From Candidatus Hydrogenedentota bacterium (GTDB lineage Bacteria; Hydrogenedentota; Hydrogenedentia; Hydrogenedentales; JAEUWI01): 64,000 nt of DNA. Each line of letters begins with the position of its first letter. Positions within the stretch are counted from its first letter, which is position 1. The position numbers and the translations under genes are program-made. This document shows, piece after piece, positions 29,161-38,996 of the stretch. Below the pieces are notes generated by a model that saw nothing but the letters and a program-made list of their open reading frames with translations, did no database searches and was not told where the DNA came from. The stretch spans positions 12,256 to 76,255 of the forward strand of contig JAJRPE010000115.1 of NCBI GenBank assembly GCA_024280935.1. The letters run 5' to 3'.

Positions 29161-29692
29161 GGTGAAGCTCCCGAGTTTGAAGGTCGTTCCTTATCCATTC
29201 ACAGGCCGCAACTTTCAGGGTCACTGGAACACTGCCATCAGAATAGCGATACGTTTTCATCGGACCGCTGCGTTGCAAAATGCACGTGTTTATGGTTGTA
29301 TATAAAAGATGTGAGATAATGCAAACGAGTACGATATGAGAAAAAAGGTTCTTCCGGTTCAAGGGTACGGTGTAGTTCAGAGCGACTTTCTTTGACTGTG
29401 TTTTTTCCTCGTCGTTGAGCGCCGAAGGTGCGTTTTATATCAGCCTGGGGCAACGCCCCAGGTCTCAAATCAGACAGAATTCAGGGCTGAAGGCCCGGCC
29501 CATAATCCAGCGGAAAATGGGCCTCTTGATTGGTATGAAACGGGCTTTCAGCCCTGTGGAATAGCTACATCCAGAAACCTGGGGCGTTGCCCCAGGCTGG
29601 TATGAACCCGGACCTTCGGCCCTGTAAAGCAACAAATACAAATAACATTGAACCGGATGAACCAAAAAAAAGCCGTCGGGTGCCACGGCCAA

Positions 29693-29800
29693 GGGGATTG
29701 GGCTTTCCAGCCCGACATAACGCGCACGGTGGGTGTCGAAAACGTACGTCGTGTTTGTGGTGATACATTGATTGTCCAAGACGGTGTATGGTGTGCAAGC
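29693..29800 (+). repeat. Family 2 MITE, left half only, abutting a family 3 MITE (nested or adjacent insertion)
   Basis: ggggattgggctttccagcccgacataacgcgc...gtcgaaaacg...acattgattgtccaag matches the left arms of the elements at 39672-39869, 61722-61920 and 63190-63392. Confidence 0.6.
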
Positions 29801-29810
29801 GTTCAGGGGC

Positions 29811-29950
29811 CGCTACGGGTGCCACGAACAAGGGGCGATAGCCCTTGTCCGTGCTTGGAAAGCATATCCACAGACAAGAAGCGAGTTTCCGGTCGAACTC
29901 TCATGGTCCGCACGGGCAAGCCCCACGGGGCTTGTCCGTGGCACCCGGAG
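29811..29950 (+). repeat. Family 3 MITE (about 140 bp; TIR gctacgggtgccacgRacaagggg / ccccttgtccgtggcacccgg)
   Basis: Other copies at 31748-31890 and 54931-55068. Confidence 0.75.
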
Positions 29951-30517
29951 ATTCCTTTTTAACCGGGAAGGATGTTGGAATTGGGTTGAGGCTGGGACTG
30001 CACCTCATCCAGGTAGCCTTGCCCAAACAAAGGCCACCGACGGGTGCCAAGCCCAATGCAGCACAACCCGTTGTCGGTGTGCGGGAGGGGTGTCAAATAG
30101 TTGTTACCCGTGACTATACGGTGCTAAAAAAGGGCGCTTGCCGACACCTTCCGCCCCTGCCCGCGCCGGGAGAAGCCGCTGTATAAGGGCTATCCTGTAG
30201 CGTGGCGACTCTGGCTCGATTCTTGTACCATAATGTCAGCAGACGAGCCTCAGACATTTTGGTGCGGCCGGACAAGGAACGCTGAGCCTTGGGAGCGCAC
30301 AGCCCTGTTTCTCCAAGCGCACGAACCCTCGTACCTCGTGATCGTGCGGCACGTCCGACAGGATTGAGGCTTAACCAGCGCCTGCCAATTTTCAACTATA
30401 CGTCATTCGCACAGATATGATAGGAGTCCCAAAAAACGACACTGGATCCCCGTGTTCGCGAGCCGCGCCAACGGAAGCTAAGCCCGCGCCAATCAGCGAG
30501 TTAAGCCTGCCTGGGGT

Positions 30518-30547
30518 TTGACATGTCGGCAACCAGTTTGCTAAAAT
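30518..30547 (+). promoter_or_regulatory. Sigma70-like promoter of rplM-rpsI: TTGACA, 18-nt spacer, TAAAAT
   Basis: Consensus -35 TTGACA at 30518-30523 and -10 TAAAAT at 30542-30547, about 75 nt upstream of the rplM GTG. GAGGAG RBS at 30609-30614. Confidence 0.5.
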
Positions 30548-30621
30548 CCTTGCTCCGTTACATTTCTGCGCGCTGTCCCCCCCACAACTGCGTGCAAACT
30601 AGACGCTAGAGGAGCAAGTCT

Positions 30622-31053
30622 GTGAAGACTTATGTGCCCACAGAGGGCGAAGTTAAGAAAGATTGGCATATTATTGATGCCGAAGGAAAAGTCCTTGGAC
30701 GGGTTGCCGTCGAGGCTGCCAAGCTGCTTCGTGGCAAACACAAGCCCCAATATACGCCTTCCATGGACTGCGGCGATCATGTCATCATCATCAACGCCCA
30801 AAAGGCCCGGGTCACCGGCAAGAAAATGACGGATAAGATGTACTACCGTCACTCCGGTTACCCCGGCGGTCTTACGGAAATCAGCTACGGCGAAATGCTG
30901 GAGCGTTTTCCCGAGCGTGCCATGTCCTTGGCGATCAAGGGCATGCTGCCCCACAATCGCCTGGGCCGCAAGCTGGCCACGAACTTCCGGGTCTATCCAG
31001 GCACGGAACACCCCCACGTAGCCCAGAACCCCAAACCTTACGACGTTAAGTAA
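30622..31053 (+). CDS. rplM: 50S ribosomal protein L13
   Basis: MKTYVPTEGEVKKDWHIIDAEGKVLGRVA...HVIIINA...YYRHSGYPGG is canonical L13. GTG start. Confidence 0.95.
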   Translation: MKTYVPTEGEVKKDWHIIDAEGKVLGRVAVEAAKLLRGKHKPQYTPSMDCGDHVIIINAQKARVTGKKMTDKMYYRHSGYPGGLTEISYGEMLERFPERAMSLAIKGMLPHNRLGRKLATNFRVYPGTEHPHVAQNPKPYDVK

Positions 31054-31070
31054 GCCGGAGACCGCGAATC

Positions 31071-31472
31071 GTGATTGATAAGAACACCAACGAAATTGTT
31101 GCCGTCGGTCGCCGGAAGCGGGCCACAGCCCGTGTCCGCATCAAGCCCGGCACCGGAAAGTTTGTCGTCAACGGCAAAGAAGTGCGGGACTACCTTGAGC
31201 GCGACGTGCTTGTAACCCTTGCCAACCTGCCCTTCGAAGCCACCGGCACGTCCGGCACCTTCGATGTTCGTGCGCTCTGCGCAGGCGGCGGTATCTCCGG
31301 CCAGGCCGGCGCCCTCCGTCTCGGCATTGCCCGTGCGTTGCTGGAAAATGACAAGAACGTTCAGGCCGCCCTGCGTTCCGCTGGCCTCCTTACCCGGGAT
31401 GCCCGCGAGGTGGAACGCAAGAAGTACGGACAGCCCGGTGCCCGCAAACGCTTCCAGTTCTCGAAGCGCTAG
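31071..31472 (+). CDS. rpsI: 30S ribosomal protein S9
   Basis: GRRKRATARVRIKPGTGKFVVNGKEVRDY...GGGISGQAGALRLGIARAL...KKYGQPGARKRFQFSKR is canonical S9. Confidence 0.95.
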   Translation: MIDKNTNEIVAVGRRKRATARVRIKPGTGKFVVNGKEVRDYLERDVLVTLANLPFEATGTSGTFDVRALCAGGGISGQAGALRLGIARALLENDKNVQAALRSAGLLTRDAREVERKKYGQPGARKRFQFSKR

Positions 31473-31502
31473 GCCAACGCCCATTCATTGTTTTACAATC
31501 AC

Positions 31503-31534
31503 CCCCCGGAGTTTTCTCCGGGGGATTTTTTTGT
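31503..31534 (+). terminator. Rho-independent terminator after rpsI
   Basis: Stem ccccccggag, loop tttt, stem ctccggggg, followed by attttttt. Confidence 0.8.
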
Positions 31535-31553
31535 GTGAACGTGGCTTATTACC

Positions 31554-31590
31554 CAATGAGTCGTATGGGGCTTATGGGTCGTATGAAAAC
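31554..31590 (+). repeat. Solo family 7 repeat (caatgagtcgtatggggcttatgggtcgtatg)
   Basis: Matches the inner inverted repeat of the 19212-20082 element. Confidence 0.6.
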
Positions 31591-31747
31591 TCTGACTTCC
31601 TGATCCCGCCAAGGTTTGGGGTGATTTTGAGGAAATGGATTCGGCACTTTTTGATTGGGGAAGGTTTTTCTGGCTGGTGCGTGTCCATCACAGGCGAGAC
31701 ACCTGTGCAGAACGAAAAACGAAAAATCTCCTCCATCAAATCCAGGC

Positions 31748-31890
31748 TCCTCTCATCATAAAACAACGCTACGGGTGCCACGGGTAGGCCCGCCAGGGCT
31801 TACCCGTGTAGAACCGCCGGGGAGGCCCCTGAAGCTGGATAGTTTGCTCTTGGAATTTACACGGGTAAGCCCTGAGAGGCCTACCCGTGG
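31748..31890 (+). repeat. Family 3 MITE copy (variant internal sequence)
   Basis: cgctacgggtgccacgggtaggcc...ggcctacccgtggcacccgacg forms terminal inverted repeats. Confidence 0.7.
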
Positions 31891-32000
31891 CACCCGACGT
31901 GGATCTCTACAAAAAAGTGCAAAACCCAATTCCACCGGGAACAGGGTGTCTGAAACTGAGGCAGCACGAGCAAAGCCACCCCGTACAGTCCCAGCATCCC

Positions 32001-33338
32001 CTACTCTTCCCCGCCCCCCGGCTTAAAGATACTGAGCTCATGTTTCTTCAGAAAGACCCGGCGTTCCAGCAACACCTCCGGTGCAGGCGGGTAGAGCGTG
32101 CGCAGACGGTCGAGGTTGTTGCCGATTAGAAGCTCGGTGCGGAGGGCGCTGTAGGCATTGTAGCGTTCGGTCCAGCGGTAAGCCCCCACGAGGGACGCGA
32201 AAAACAGGGCGATACAGATAAGCGTCACCTTCGCGGGAAGCAGTCGACGAATGAGCCGTCCCTCGCATATCTGGGCAACCCAGTAGAGCTGAATGACCAC
32301 GGGCAGCCAGAGCAGGTTTGCCATGGTGACGTAGCGCGAACTCAGGGCCTGTTCGAGTCCTTCGTCGACCCGACCCAAAGCCGTTATGGTGGCCGTGCCG
32401 AGCGCGTAGAGGGCCATGCCCACCCAGGGCAGCATGGCTGAAGTCGGTACGCGATAGGCCAGGAGCTGAAACAAGGTCACCGCCCAGACCAACAGGCCCA
32501 GGCCACCCATGCAAATGGCCAACACGACATCAATGTTGCCCAGAGGCTGCCCCAGGTACGCCAGCAGATAGAGCACGCAATGAAGGGGCTGGGCCAGGGC
32601 GTCGGACAAGGGAGCGTGATAGGACGGGGTCTGATAGCCGTTGAGGTAGGAGGCGATCACCATGACCCCCATCATCACCCAAGCCGCCATCTCGCGGAAC
32701 AAAAGGCCTGTCCGGTCTTTGCGCTGCAGGACCAGCAAAACAACGCCGATGGGCCACAGGAGGATTCCGTTCGCGAAGGAGTAGGTCGCCACGATAGCCG
32801 ACGCCATGGCCACGGCCACGCCGAAGGTCGTGTAGCGCTGCCACGTGAGGCAGCCCAGTGTGATGACCACAGCGAGCACGTTCATGAACTCCTGAAGCTG
32901 CCAGCCGAGGAACCAGTTCTGCCACTGGCTCAGGGAAAACACGAGCAACGTCATGACCATGTAGACGGGGCCGTTCTCCCCCTCGTGGACCCGTGCGCTA
33001 CTGCGCCGAATGAGCACACAAAGACACAGCCAGGTCGCCACGGCGAGGATGAAATTCGCAGCAAGCTCCCAATAGATGTTCCAATCACTGAGGTGTGCAA
33101 GGAATAGCATGAGGAGCCGTGGAAAAATCAGCCGGTGCTCATTGTGCTGCGCCCACAGGTCACTCAACCGCAATGAGCCGTCCGATAACTTCTCCAGAAG
33201 GGGCACCAACTCCCACTGGTCATAATAGGGCATATCCAGTGCGTAGCGCCCATACATGGCAAGGAGAAACAGGAAGGCAACCCATGCGGGAAGCATATAA
33301 ATCACGCGCCGGGCGCGGGGTGTGAGATCATCAAACAA
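32001..33338 (-). CDS. Polytopic integral membrane protein, possibly a GT-C-type glycosyltransferase
   Basis: About 12 predicted TM helices. No soluble catalytic domain. It overlaps the downstream CgeB-like glycosyltransferase gene by 8 bp. Confidence 0.4.
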   Translation of the reverse strand: MFDDLTPRARRVIYMLPAWVAFLFLLAMYGRYALDMPYYDQWELVPLLEKLSDGSLRLSDLWAQHNEHRLIFPRLLMLFLAHLSDWNIYWELAANFILAVATWLCLCVLIRRSSARVHEGENGPVYMVMTLLVFSLSQWQNWFLGWQLQEFMNVLAVVITLGCLTWQRYTTFGVAVAMASAIVATYSFANGILLWPIGVVLLVLQRKDRTGLLFREMAAWVMMGVMVIASYLNGYQTPSYHAPLSDALAQPLHCVLYLLAYLGQPLGNIDVVLAICMGGLGLLVWAVTLFQLLAYRVPTSAMLPWVGMALYALGTATITALGRVDEGLEQALSSRYVTMANLLWLPVVIQLYWVAQICEGRLIRRLLPAKVTLICIALFFASLVGAYRWTERYNAYSALRTELLIGNNLDRLRTLYPPAPEVLLERRVFLKKHELSIFKPGGGEE

Positions 33339-34593
33339 CGTGCAGGCCCTTAACGCCGAAGCGAGGTTTTAAGTAGGCCTCCAGGCCTTGAAGACGGTGC
33401 CGGTGGGTATGTTCGGAAAGCACACGCGCACGCGCGCGCTCAACGATGGCCGCCCGTTCTTCGGGCCGCTTGAGGTAGTACTGTATCTTCTCTCCAAGCT
33501 CGGGCAGGGAATCGTAGGTGACGACCTCCTTCTCCACATCGAACAAGTCATGAAGATCCGGCTGATTGTCCGTGATCAGGAAGCCCCCCGCTGCGGGACA
33601 GTCAAAAACCCGCTGATTCACGGCATCGCGCATTTGGAGGCTGGTGTTGTTCAAATTGATGGCTGTGGAACGATAAAAGGGCGCCAGGTCGTCAAAATAA
33701 CCCAGATTCGACTCATAACCGCTCAGTATCCTTTGCCAACTGCCATCCCCCCGTGCCTCAATGCCCATGGGGAGCAGATAGTTCACCAAATTCACGCGCT
33801 GCTGGGAGGTCGCTTCGTAATTCATCAGCAGTTCCGCGTTGCGCCGCTGCGACTCATTCAGGGAGTCGTACAGGGCCTCGCCGATTATGCTCGAAATACC
33901 CTCGGTGTAGGCCGCCTTGGTGACGCGACCCTCGTTTAAGGCGGCTTCCACGGCGGCCACCACCTGGGGAAGATCGCGGTGCGCTTCCAGGGCCTCTGCA
34001 AGCTGAACCAGCATGGAGTTACCGACAAAGGCCAGGTCCCTGTCAAAATCGCTGGGCGGCGATCCATCAAAAATCGCAGGGTCGGTGGCCAAGGGCATGT
34101 AATGCACATGAGAAAAACCGTAGGCCTCCAGATGGGGGGCGTAGGCCTTCTCCCACGTGGCCGCCACCGCATACTCCGAGACATACATGGTCCGATTAAA
34201 AAGGATCATCCGGGGCGTATCGGTAAACCAGCTTACATAGGGCATTTTCGCGTCGTTAAAGAAGCGGGCGAACAAGCCGACGGCATCCATCCCCGCGTAG
34301 TTGGAAGTCAACACGAAGTCGGGCTTGAACTCGGCCAGCGTGCGAAACAACGCGGCAACATCGTCCCGCGTCAAACTGCCCGCGATAACGGAGGGTACCG
34401 TAGCAACCTCCCAGCCCAGTTCCTCGGCGGCACGCCACCAGCTCTTGTCAAAAAAATAGCCCGTGTCCAAAATCAACATGCGCGTGGCATCAGTAAACTT
34501 GGGGTAGTCCAAGAATCGGCGCATGCCTTCGGTCAGATGGAGTCGGGGGGCAGTCATCGGCCCATGGTATCGCATTGTGGCGCGGAGGTTCAC
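33331..34593 (-). CDS. CgeB-family glycosyltransferase-like protein (DUF3880 + Glyco_trans_1_2-like)
   Basis: The C-terminal region DAVNQRVFDCPAAGGFLITDNQPDLHDLFDVEKEVVTYDSLPELGEKIQYYLKRPEERAAIVERARARVLSEHTHRHR matches the CgeB/GT1-like C-terminal domain. Confidence 0.55.
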   Translation of the reverse strand: MNLRATMRYHGPMTAPRLHLTEGMRRFLDYPKFTDATRMLILDTGYFFDKSWWRAAEELGWEVATVPSVIAGSLTRDDVAALFRTLAEFKPDFVLTSNYAGMDAVGLFARFFNDAKMPYVSWFTDTPRMILFNRTMYVSEYAVAATWEKAYAPHLEAYGFSHVHYMPLATDPAIFDGSPPSDFDRDLAFVGNSMLVQLAEALEAHRDLPQVVAAVEAALNEGRVTKAAYTEGISSIIGEALYDSLNESQRRNAELLMNYEATSQQRVNLVNYLLPMGIEARGDGSWQRILSGYESNLGYFDDLAPFYRSTAINLNNTSLQMRDAVNQRVFDCPAAGGFLITDNQPDLHDLFDVEKEVVTYDSLPELGEKIQYYLKRPEERAAIVERARARVLSEHTHRHRLQGLEAYLKPRFGVKGLHVV

Positions 34594-34644
34594 GTCCCAT
34601 GATGGTTTTTGCTGGAGTTAAGCATTCACAAGGGAAGCGGCGAG

Positions 34645-34843
34645 GGTGTCACCTGCACAGACGTGAGGAACGAGCGGCTTTGTGGGTGCGAATCCCCCAG
34701 AGAAACTTAGGGGTGCAAGGAACTTAGTGCGAGGAACTACTTCGAGGGTGTTGGCGATACGCGTTTCGGTACCGACGGTCAATTTTCGCAAACCCGCACC
34801 CACAAGCTTAGCCGGGAACCGGCTGCGCGTGTAGGTGGCACCC
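34645..34843 (+). repeat. Family 5 MITE (about 200 bp; TIR ggtgccacctacacRcgcagccggttcccggc)
   Basis: Second copy at 44484-44680. The arms are gtgtcacctgcacagacgtgaggaacgagcggctttgtgggtg and cacccacaagcttagccgggaaccggctgcgcgtgtaggtggcacc. Confidence 0.75.
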
Positions 34844-34980
34844 TTGGGGTGTTCTTTATGAAGTTTGGCGCCTTCCGAGGTAAGTGCATGCAACACGGCT
34901 CCACATACTCAACGGCTACCCCACGCCTTGAAGGAATGGAACGGGTGTCGTACACTGCCCGCACGAAGGAGGAAGTACCC

Positions 34981-36492
34981 ATGCCCACCCCCCAGTTTTC
35001 TGCCCAGACCGTCGCCACCCATCTGGAACCCGTTCTGGCCGATGCCGTGGAGCGCAATTCCACCACCCACCTCAAGGCGGCACGGGACTATGCAACCCTC
35101 TTCACCGATGCCGACCTCGAACTATACCACCCCGAAAATATCTTCCAGACTTTCGTCGCCCACTTTCCGCCAAGCAGTTTTACCATTCATGTCGAACATG
35201 TGCGGGATGAACGGGTGGGTGATCCCGCCCGCATGTCGGCCTGTGTCGCCGCGCTACTGAAGGCCATTGAGCGGGACCCAAAAACGACTCTCGTGGTGGA
35301 GATCTACGAGGCGGAAGAACACGGCGATATGATTCCCCGCATGAGCATTTCCTTTGCCGGGCCGGGCCAGGTACCCGAACATTTTCGCTATGCGGAGCGA
35401 TTCCCCATGTCCCTGGAAGAGCTGAGCGACTGCTGGACCCTGGCCACCTCTGGGGGCCGCATTGACCGCACGGAAAATGGCGTGGAGATGCGCCTCCATG
35501 GCATGCGCATGCCGCCAGAGCCCTTGGAACTGGCCGCCCAAGTCGCAGCCTGTATCGGCCGGGATACTTCCCTCGAAGGAGCGGAGGAGTCGTTGGCCCT
35601 GTTGGAAGACACCGCGCCATCGGCCATGATGGACTTGGAGCGCGTCTACACCGAGGGCCTTGGGGAGCACGAAAAGGCGTTGGGCCAGGGCGGCGTGGTC
35701 CACAGCTACAGTTTCGGCGAGGTTTTTCCCCAATTGCCGCTGAATCGTGTCCGAATGCAGGGATTTTTTTCCAACCTCTTCGCGTGGGCCATTGAAGCCA
35801 TGCCGGATGGTGGCACCTTGGAGGCCCTGGTGGAATACGACGGATCAACGCGGGAAGCCACAGGCATGGTCAGCCTGAGTTCCGCAGCGGGTTCTATTGT
35901 TGACTCCTTTCACACGTCGCTGCTGAAACGGGCCATCAAACACCATAAAGGCACCATCGAAATAGAAATCGCGGAGGCCGAGGCTTCCGTCACCTTTAGC
36001 CTGGCCGATACGGTCGGCCAGTGCCTCGACGACTGGCTCCCCGACTGGGAGGCCTTCGGCGCAGAATCCAAAAAATTCCTTCGCCTCCTCAAGAGCGGAA
36101 CCCAGGCCCCGCCAGAAGAATTTATCCTCGGCGGCATCCTGGAGCAGGAACTGGAAAGCTGGCTCCTCCCCCGGCTCAAGGACCCCGTGACCGTTCACAT
36201 GGCAAACGAAGGCACCTTCAGAAACGAGGGCCTCAAAGGCAGTATCAAGGAACGCCTGAAAAAAGCGCTGGACCAAGTCGGGCGCGGCAAGCCCAAAAAG
36301 GAAATATGCGAACCCCAGTACGCGGGGGAACTCTTGGGCGCATTTCGGCAGGACATGCGCCACCGCAGCGCCCTCGGAACCCAAGTGCTGACGGACGAGG
36401 AGTTGCAAGAACTCTGCGAGGGTTTGCTGGCGAAACCGGTGGATGGAAGAGCCTGTTTGCTACGCTTGGCGCAGATGCTGCGCAGAAGTTAG
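34981..36492 (+). CDS. Hypothetical cytoplasmic protein (503 aa)
   Basis: ATG at 34981 with a strong AAGGAGG RBS 8 nt upstream. The track start at 34849 lies inside the MITE. No recognisable family. Confidence 0.5.
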   Translation: MPTPQFSAQTVATHLEPVLADAVERNSTTHLKAARDYATLFTDADLELYHPENIFQTFVAHFPPSSFTIHVEHVRDERVGDPARMSACVAALLKAIERDPKTTLVVEIYEAEEHGDMIPRMSISFAGPGQVPEHFRYAERFPMSLEELSDCWTLATSGGRIDRTENGVEMRLHGMRMPPEPLELAAQVAACIGRDTSLEGAEESLALLEDTAPSAMMDLERVYTEGLGEHEKALGQGGVVHSYSFGEVFPQLPLNRVRMQGFFSNLFAWAIEAMPDGGTLEALVEYDGSTREATGMVSLSSAAGSIVDSFHTSLLKRAIKHHKGTIEIEIAEAEASVTFSLADTVGQCLDDWLPDWEAFGAESKKFLRLLKSGTQAPPEEFILGGILEQELESWLLPRLKDPVTVHMANEGTFRNEGLKGSIKERLKKALDQVGRGKPKKEICEPQYAGELLGAFRQDMRHRSALGTQVLTDEELQELCEGLLAKPVDGRACLLRLAQMLRRS

Positions 36493-36493
36493 A

Positions 36494-36995
36494 AATCAGT
36501 AACCACCGGCAGAGCCGGGGGTATGAGGAGGGCCCCTAAAAGGGGCCGATTCGTCAAACTCAGGTACGAAGCCAAAGCAGTTAGTCCCGTAGGGACGACA
36601 TATCGTAGCCCAGCGGTGAAGCGAGGTACGAGCGGAACCCTGGGTAGACCGGTGCGCAAAGGGCTGAACTCCGAAGGAGTGGCATAAAAAATCAGGACAC
36701 ATTCCCAACACCTCTATGCCACCCCTTCGGGGTTAAACATCTATTGCATTCGAGCTATCCCAGGGTTCGCTTCACTCACGCCTAGGCTACGATATGTCGT
36801 CCCTACGGGACTAAAAGAACATGGCACACACCGCCCAGTGTATGAATGCCAACAACTATCGCCGGAACGGCAGAGCCTGATGAATTCTCACCGGCAGAGC
36901 CGGTGGATTAACTATGATTTAGAATGATGAATGTAGAATTGGAACCTCTTGCCGCAATTCACTATTCGCCATTCTAAATTCACTATTCACTATTC
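36494..36995 (+). repeat. Family 6 composite repeat region (begins atcagtaaccaccggcagagccggKgg; contains a long internal inverted repeat at 36575-36640 against 36750-36815 and a gaatagtgaatt microrepeat)
   Basis: Paralogous copy at 38517-38870. The gaatagtgaatt microrepeat recurs at 51420-51470. Confidence 0.65.
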
Positions 36996-37544
36996 TCAAT
37001 TCTCCTCCCCCTCCAGCTCTTCGATTAAATCCGAGGCATCGGCCTTGGACTTCGTGCGGGCGATTTGGGCACCCGTGGCGCCGAGCTTCTGGAGCAACTC
37101 AATTTGCATCCGAGTTGGGTTGAGGTGCATGGTCTCAATCAGCGCTGAGGCATCTGCTTGGCTGATGACCTTTTCGATACGGGCGGGCGGCGCACCGAGG
37201 CGCGCCAGGTGAGCCAGTTGTTTCTCCGTAGGCGGCGCTTGCTTGCGGTGCTCTGCCTTGAGGACATCGATACGGTCCGAGGCGGTGTCTTTGTCCAAGC
37301 CGAGGAGCTGGGACTCTTTGGCCCCCAAACGGCGCAAATACTCCAATTGGGCTTCGGAAGCGGGTTCGTCGGATTTTGCGGCGGGCATGTCTTCGACCAG
37401 ACTCGCGGCCTGGGGCGCGGGGTCATTGGGCGAACCGATAAGGGCAATCTTGGTGCCACATTTATTACAGCTTCCCCGTTGACCCAGATATTTTGGGGCA
37501 ATAGGGAGCACCTGTTTGCACGTTGGACATATAAATTGGAGCAT
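36996..37544 (-). CDS. MJ0042-type zinc-ribbon protein with three roughly 35-aa helical repeats (paralog A)
   Basis: The internal ATG at 37544 gives MLQFICPTCKQVLPI...CNKCGTKIALIG. Repeats: SEAQLEYLRRLGAKESQLLGL..., TEKQLAHLARLGAPPARIEKV..., TRMQIELLQKLGATGAQIART.... Confidence 0.5.
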   Translation of the reverse strand: MLQFICPTCKQVLPIAPKYLGQRGSCNKCGTKIALIGSPNDPAPQAASLVEDMPAAKSDEPASEAQLEYLRRLGAKESQLLGLDKDTASDRIDVLKAEHRKQAPPTEKQLAHLARLGAPPARIEKVISQADASALIETMHLNPTRMQIELLQKLGATGAQIARTKSKADASDLIEELEGEEN

Positions 37545-37590
37545 GTTGTTTTGTTGTCTCCGAGGGGGTTGCCCCACCCGAGCCTCTTTG

Positions 37591-38451
37591 CTAACTATAG
37601 TACTTCGGCTCAAGGGATTTCAGATAGGCCAATCCATCACGCAGGAGTTGGTCGCTCGATTCCGCGAGAGAGCGCCACATGCACGTGGCCGCGGCCATGG
37701 CCGGTGAAACGCTCTCGAAGGATTCCATCCCAACGATGCCCTGATAATTCGCCTCGCCAAGGGCCTTGTAGATGCCATCCCAATCCACGACACCGGTCCC
37801 AGGCGTTCCTCGGTGGCTTTCGCTCAGGTGAAAATGGCAAAGATGGGGAATGGCCTTCTTCGTCGGCGCGTAGAAATCACATTCCTCAATATTCATGTGG
37901 TAGGCGTCGAGGTGTACCCGCACATTGGGTTCGTCGATGCGCTCCATCAGGGCTAAGGCCTGGTCCGTCGTGTTGACGAGAAAGGTCTCGTAACGATTGA
38001 TGGCCTCGATCCCCAGCGTGACGCCATGATCCTGGGCATAGCGGGCCGCTTCCTTCATCACCGACGCGGCGCGTTCCCAATACGCCTCGCCGGGCCTTCC
38101 CGTAATCTTTCGTCCGATGGCGGAATAGGTCACGCCCGTAAAGACCGAGCCGCCCATATCGACCGTCGCCTTGATACACTGCTTGAGATAGTCCAAGCCC
38201 GCCGCACGCACGGCCTCGTCTTCTCCGGTGGGATCGGTGGTCTCGGAACAAGCCGTGGAGGTGCATAGCCCGATGCCCACCGCCCCGGCACGTTCCTTGA
38301 TGGCGGCAGCGTCCACCTTCTCGATCTCCATCAAGGGCACTTCGACAAGATCAAAGCCCAGGGCCTTCGCCTTGTCAATAATGTCGAGCGTGTCGTTGCT
38401 CCAACTGTTGGTCCACGCATAGGCATGCACCGCGTATTTCAATCCTGCCAT
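37591..38451 (-). CDS. Sugar phosphate isomerase/epimerase (xylose-isomerase-like TIM barrel)
   Basis: GFDLVEV...GIGLCTS...VDMGGSVFTG...LGIEAINRYETFLVNT...VHLDAYHMNIEE...VGMESF are AP_endonuc_2 / TIM-barrel signatures. Confidence 0.75.
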   Translation of the reverse strand: MAGLKYAVHAYAWTNSWSNDTLDIIDKAKALGFDLVEVPLMEIEKVDAAAIKERAGAVGIGLCTSTACSETTDPTGEDEAVRAAGLDYLKQCIKATVDMGGSVFTGVTYSAIGRKITGRPGEAYWERAASVMKEAARYAQDHGVTLGIEAINRYETFLVNTTDQALALMERIDEPNVRVHLDAYHMNIEECDFYAPTKKAIPHLCHFHLSESHRGTPGTGVVDWDGIYKALGEANYQGIVGMESFESVSPAMAAATCMWRSLAESSDQLLRDGLAYLKSLEPKYYS

Positions 38452-38516
38452 GTTTTTCTCCCTTTGGGTTCAGGCGCACGGTTTCAACGGGCGCGTTCTG
38501 AGATTACCAACGTTAA

Positions 38517-38870
38517 TCAGTAACCACCGGCAGAGCCGGTGGTATGAGGAAGGCCCCTGAAAGGGGCCGATGTCACCGGTAAAACAAAAAAGCACAAGTG
38601 CGCTTTTAGTCCACGAAGTGGACGACGGAACTTAGCCCAGTGTGGAGCGAGGTACGAGCGCAACGCTGGGTACCTGTATCATACACGGCCCAAACCCGCG
38701 TAGCGGGTGACGGAAGTTGTTCCGTTATTTCCGTCGACCGCTTCGCGGGCTTTTTCATCGTTCGTCCTTTATTCCCAGGGTTCCGCTGCGCTCCACCCTG
38801 GGCTAAGTTCCTGTGCCCCGCTGGGGCACCTTCGTAAACTCATAGGCTGATACATGTCGAAAAAACAAGG
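38517..38870 (+). repeat. Family 6 composite repeat copy
   Basis: atcagtaaccaccggcagagccggtggtatgaggaaggcccctgaaaggggccg..., parallel to the copy at 36494. Confidence 0.65.
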
Positions 38871-38875
38871 CGCAC

Positions 38876-38975
38876 CCACGTCATTCCCACGCACGTGGGA
38901 ATCCAGAACGCGGCAGATACATATCGTAACACCACTGGATCCCTGCGTTCGCGGGGATGACAATCTTGGGTTGTG
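38876..38975 (-). repeat. Family 1 composite REP/MITE (inverse orientation)
   Basis: cacgtcattcccacgcacgtgggaatccagaacgcggcag...caccactggatccctgcgttcgcggggatgac...ttgggttgtgggcaa. Confidence 0.8.
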
Positions 38976-38996
38976 GGCAAAACTCACCTTGGGGCA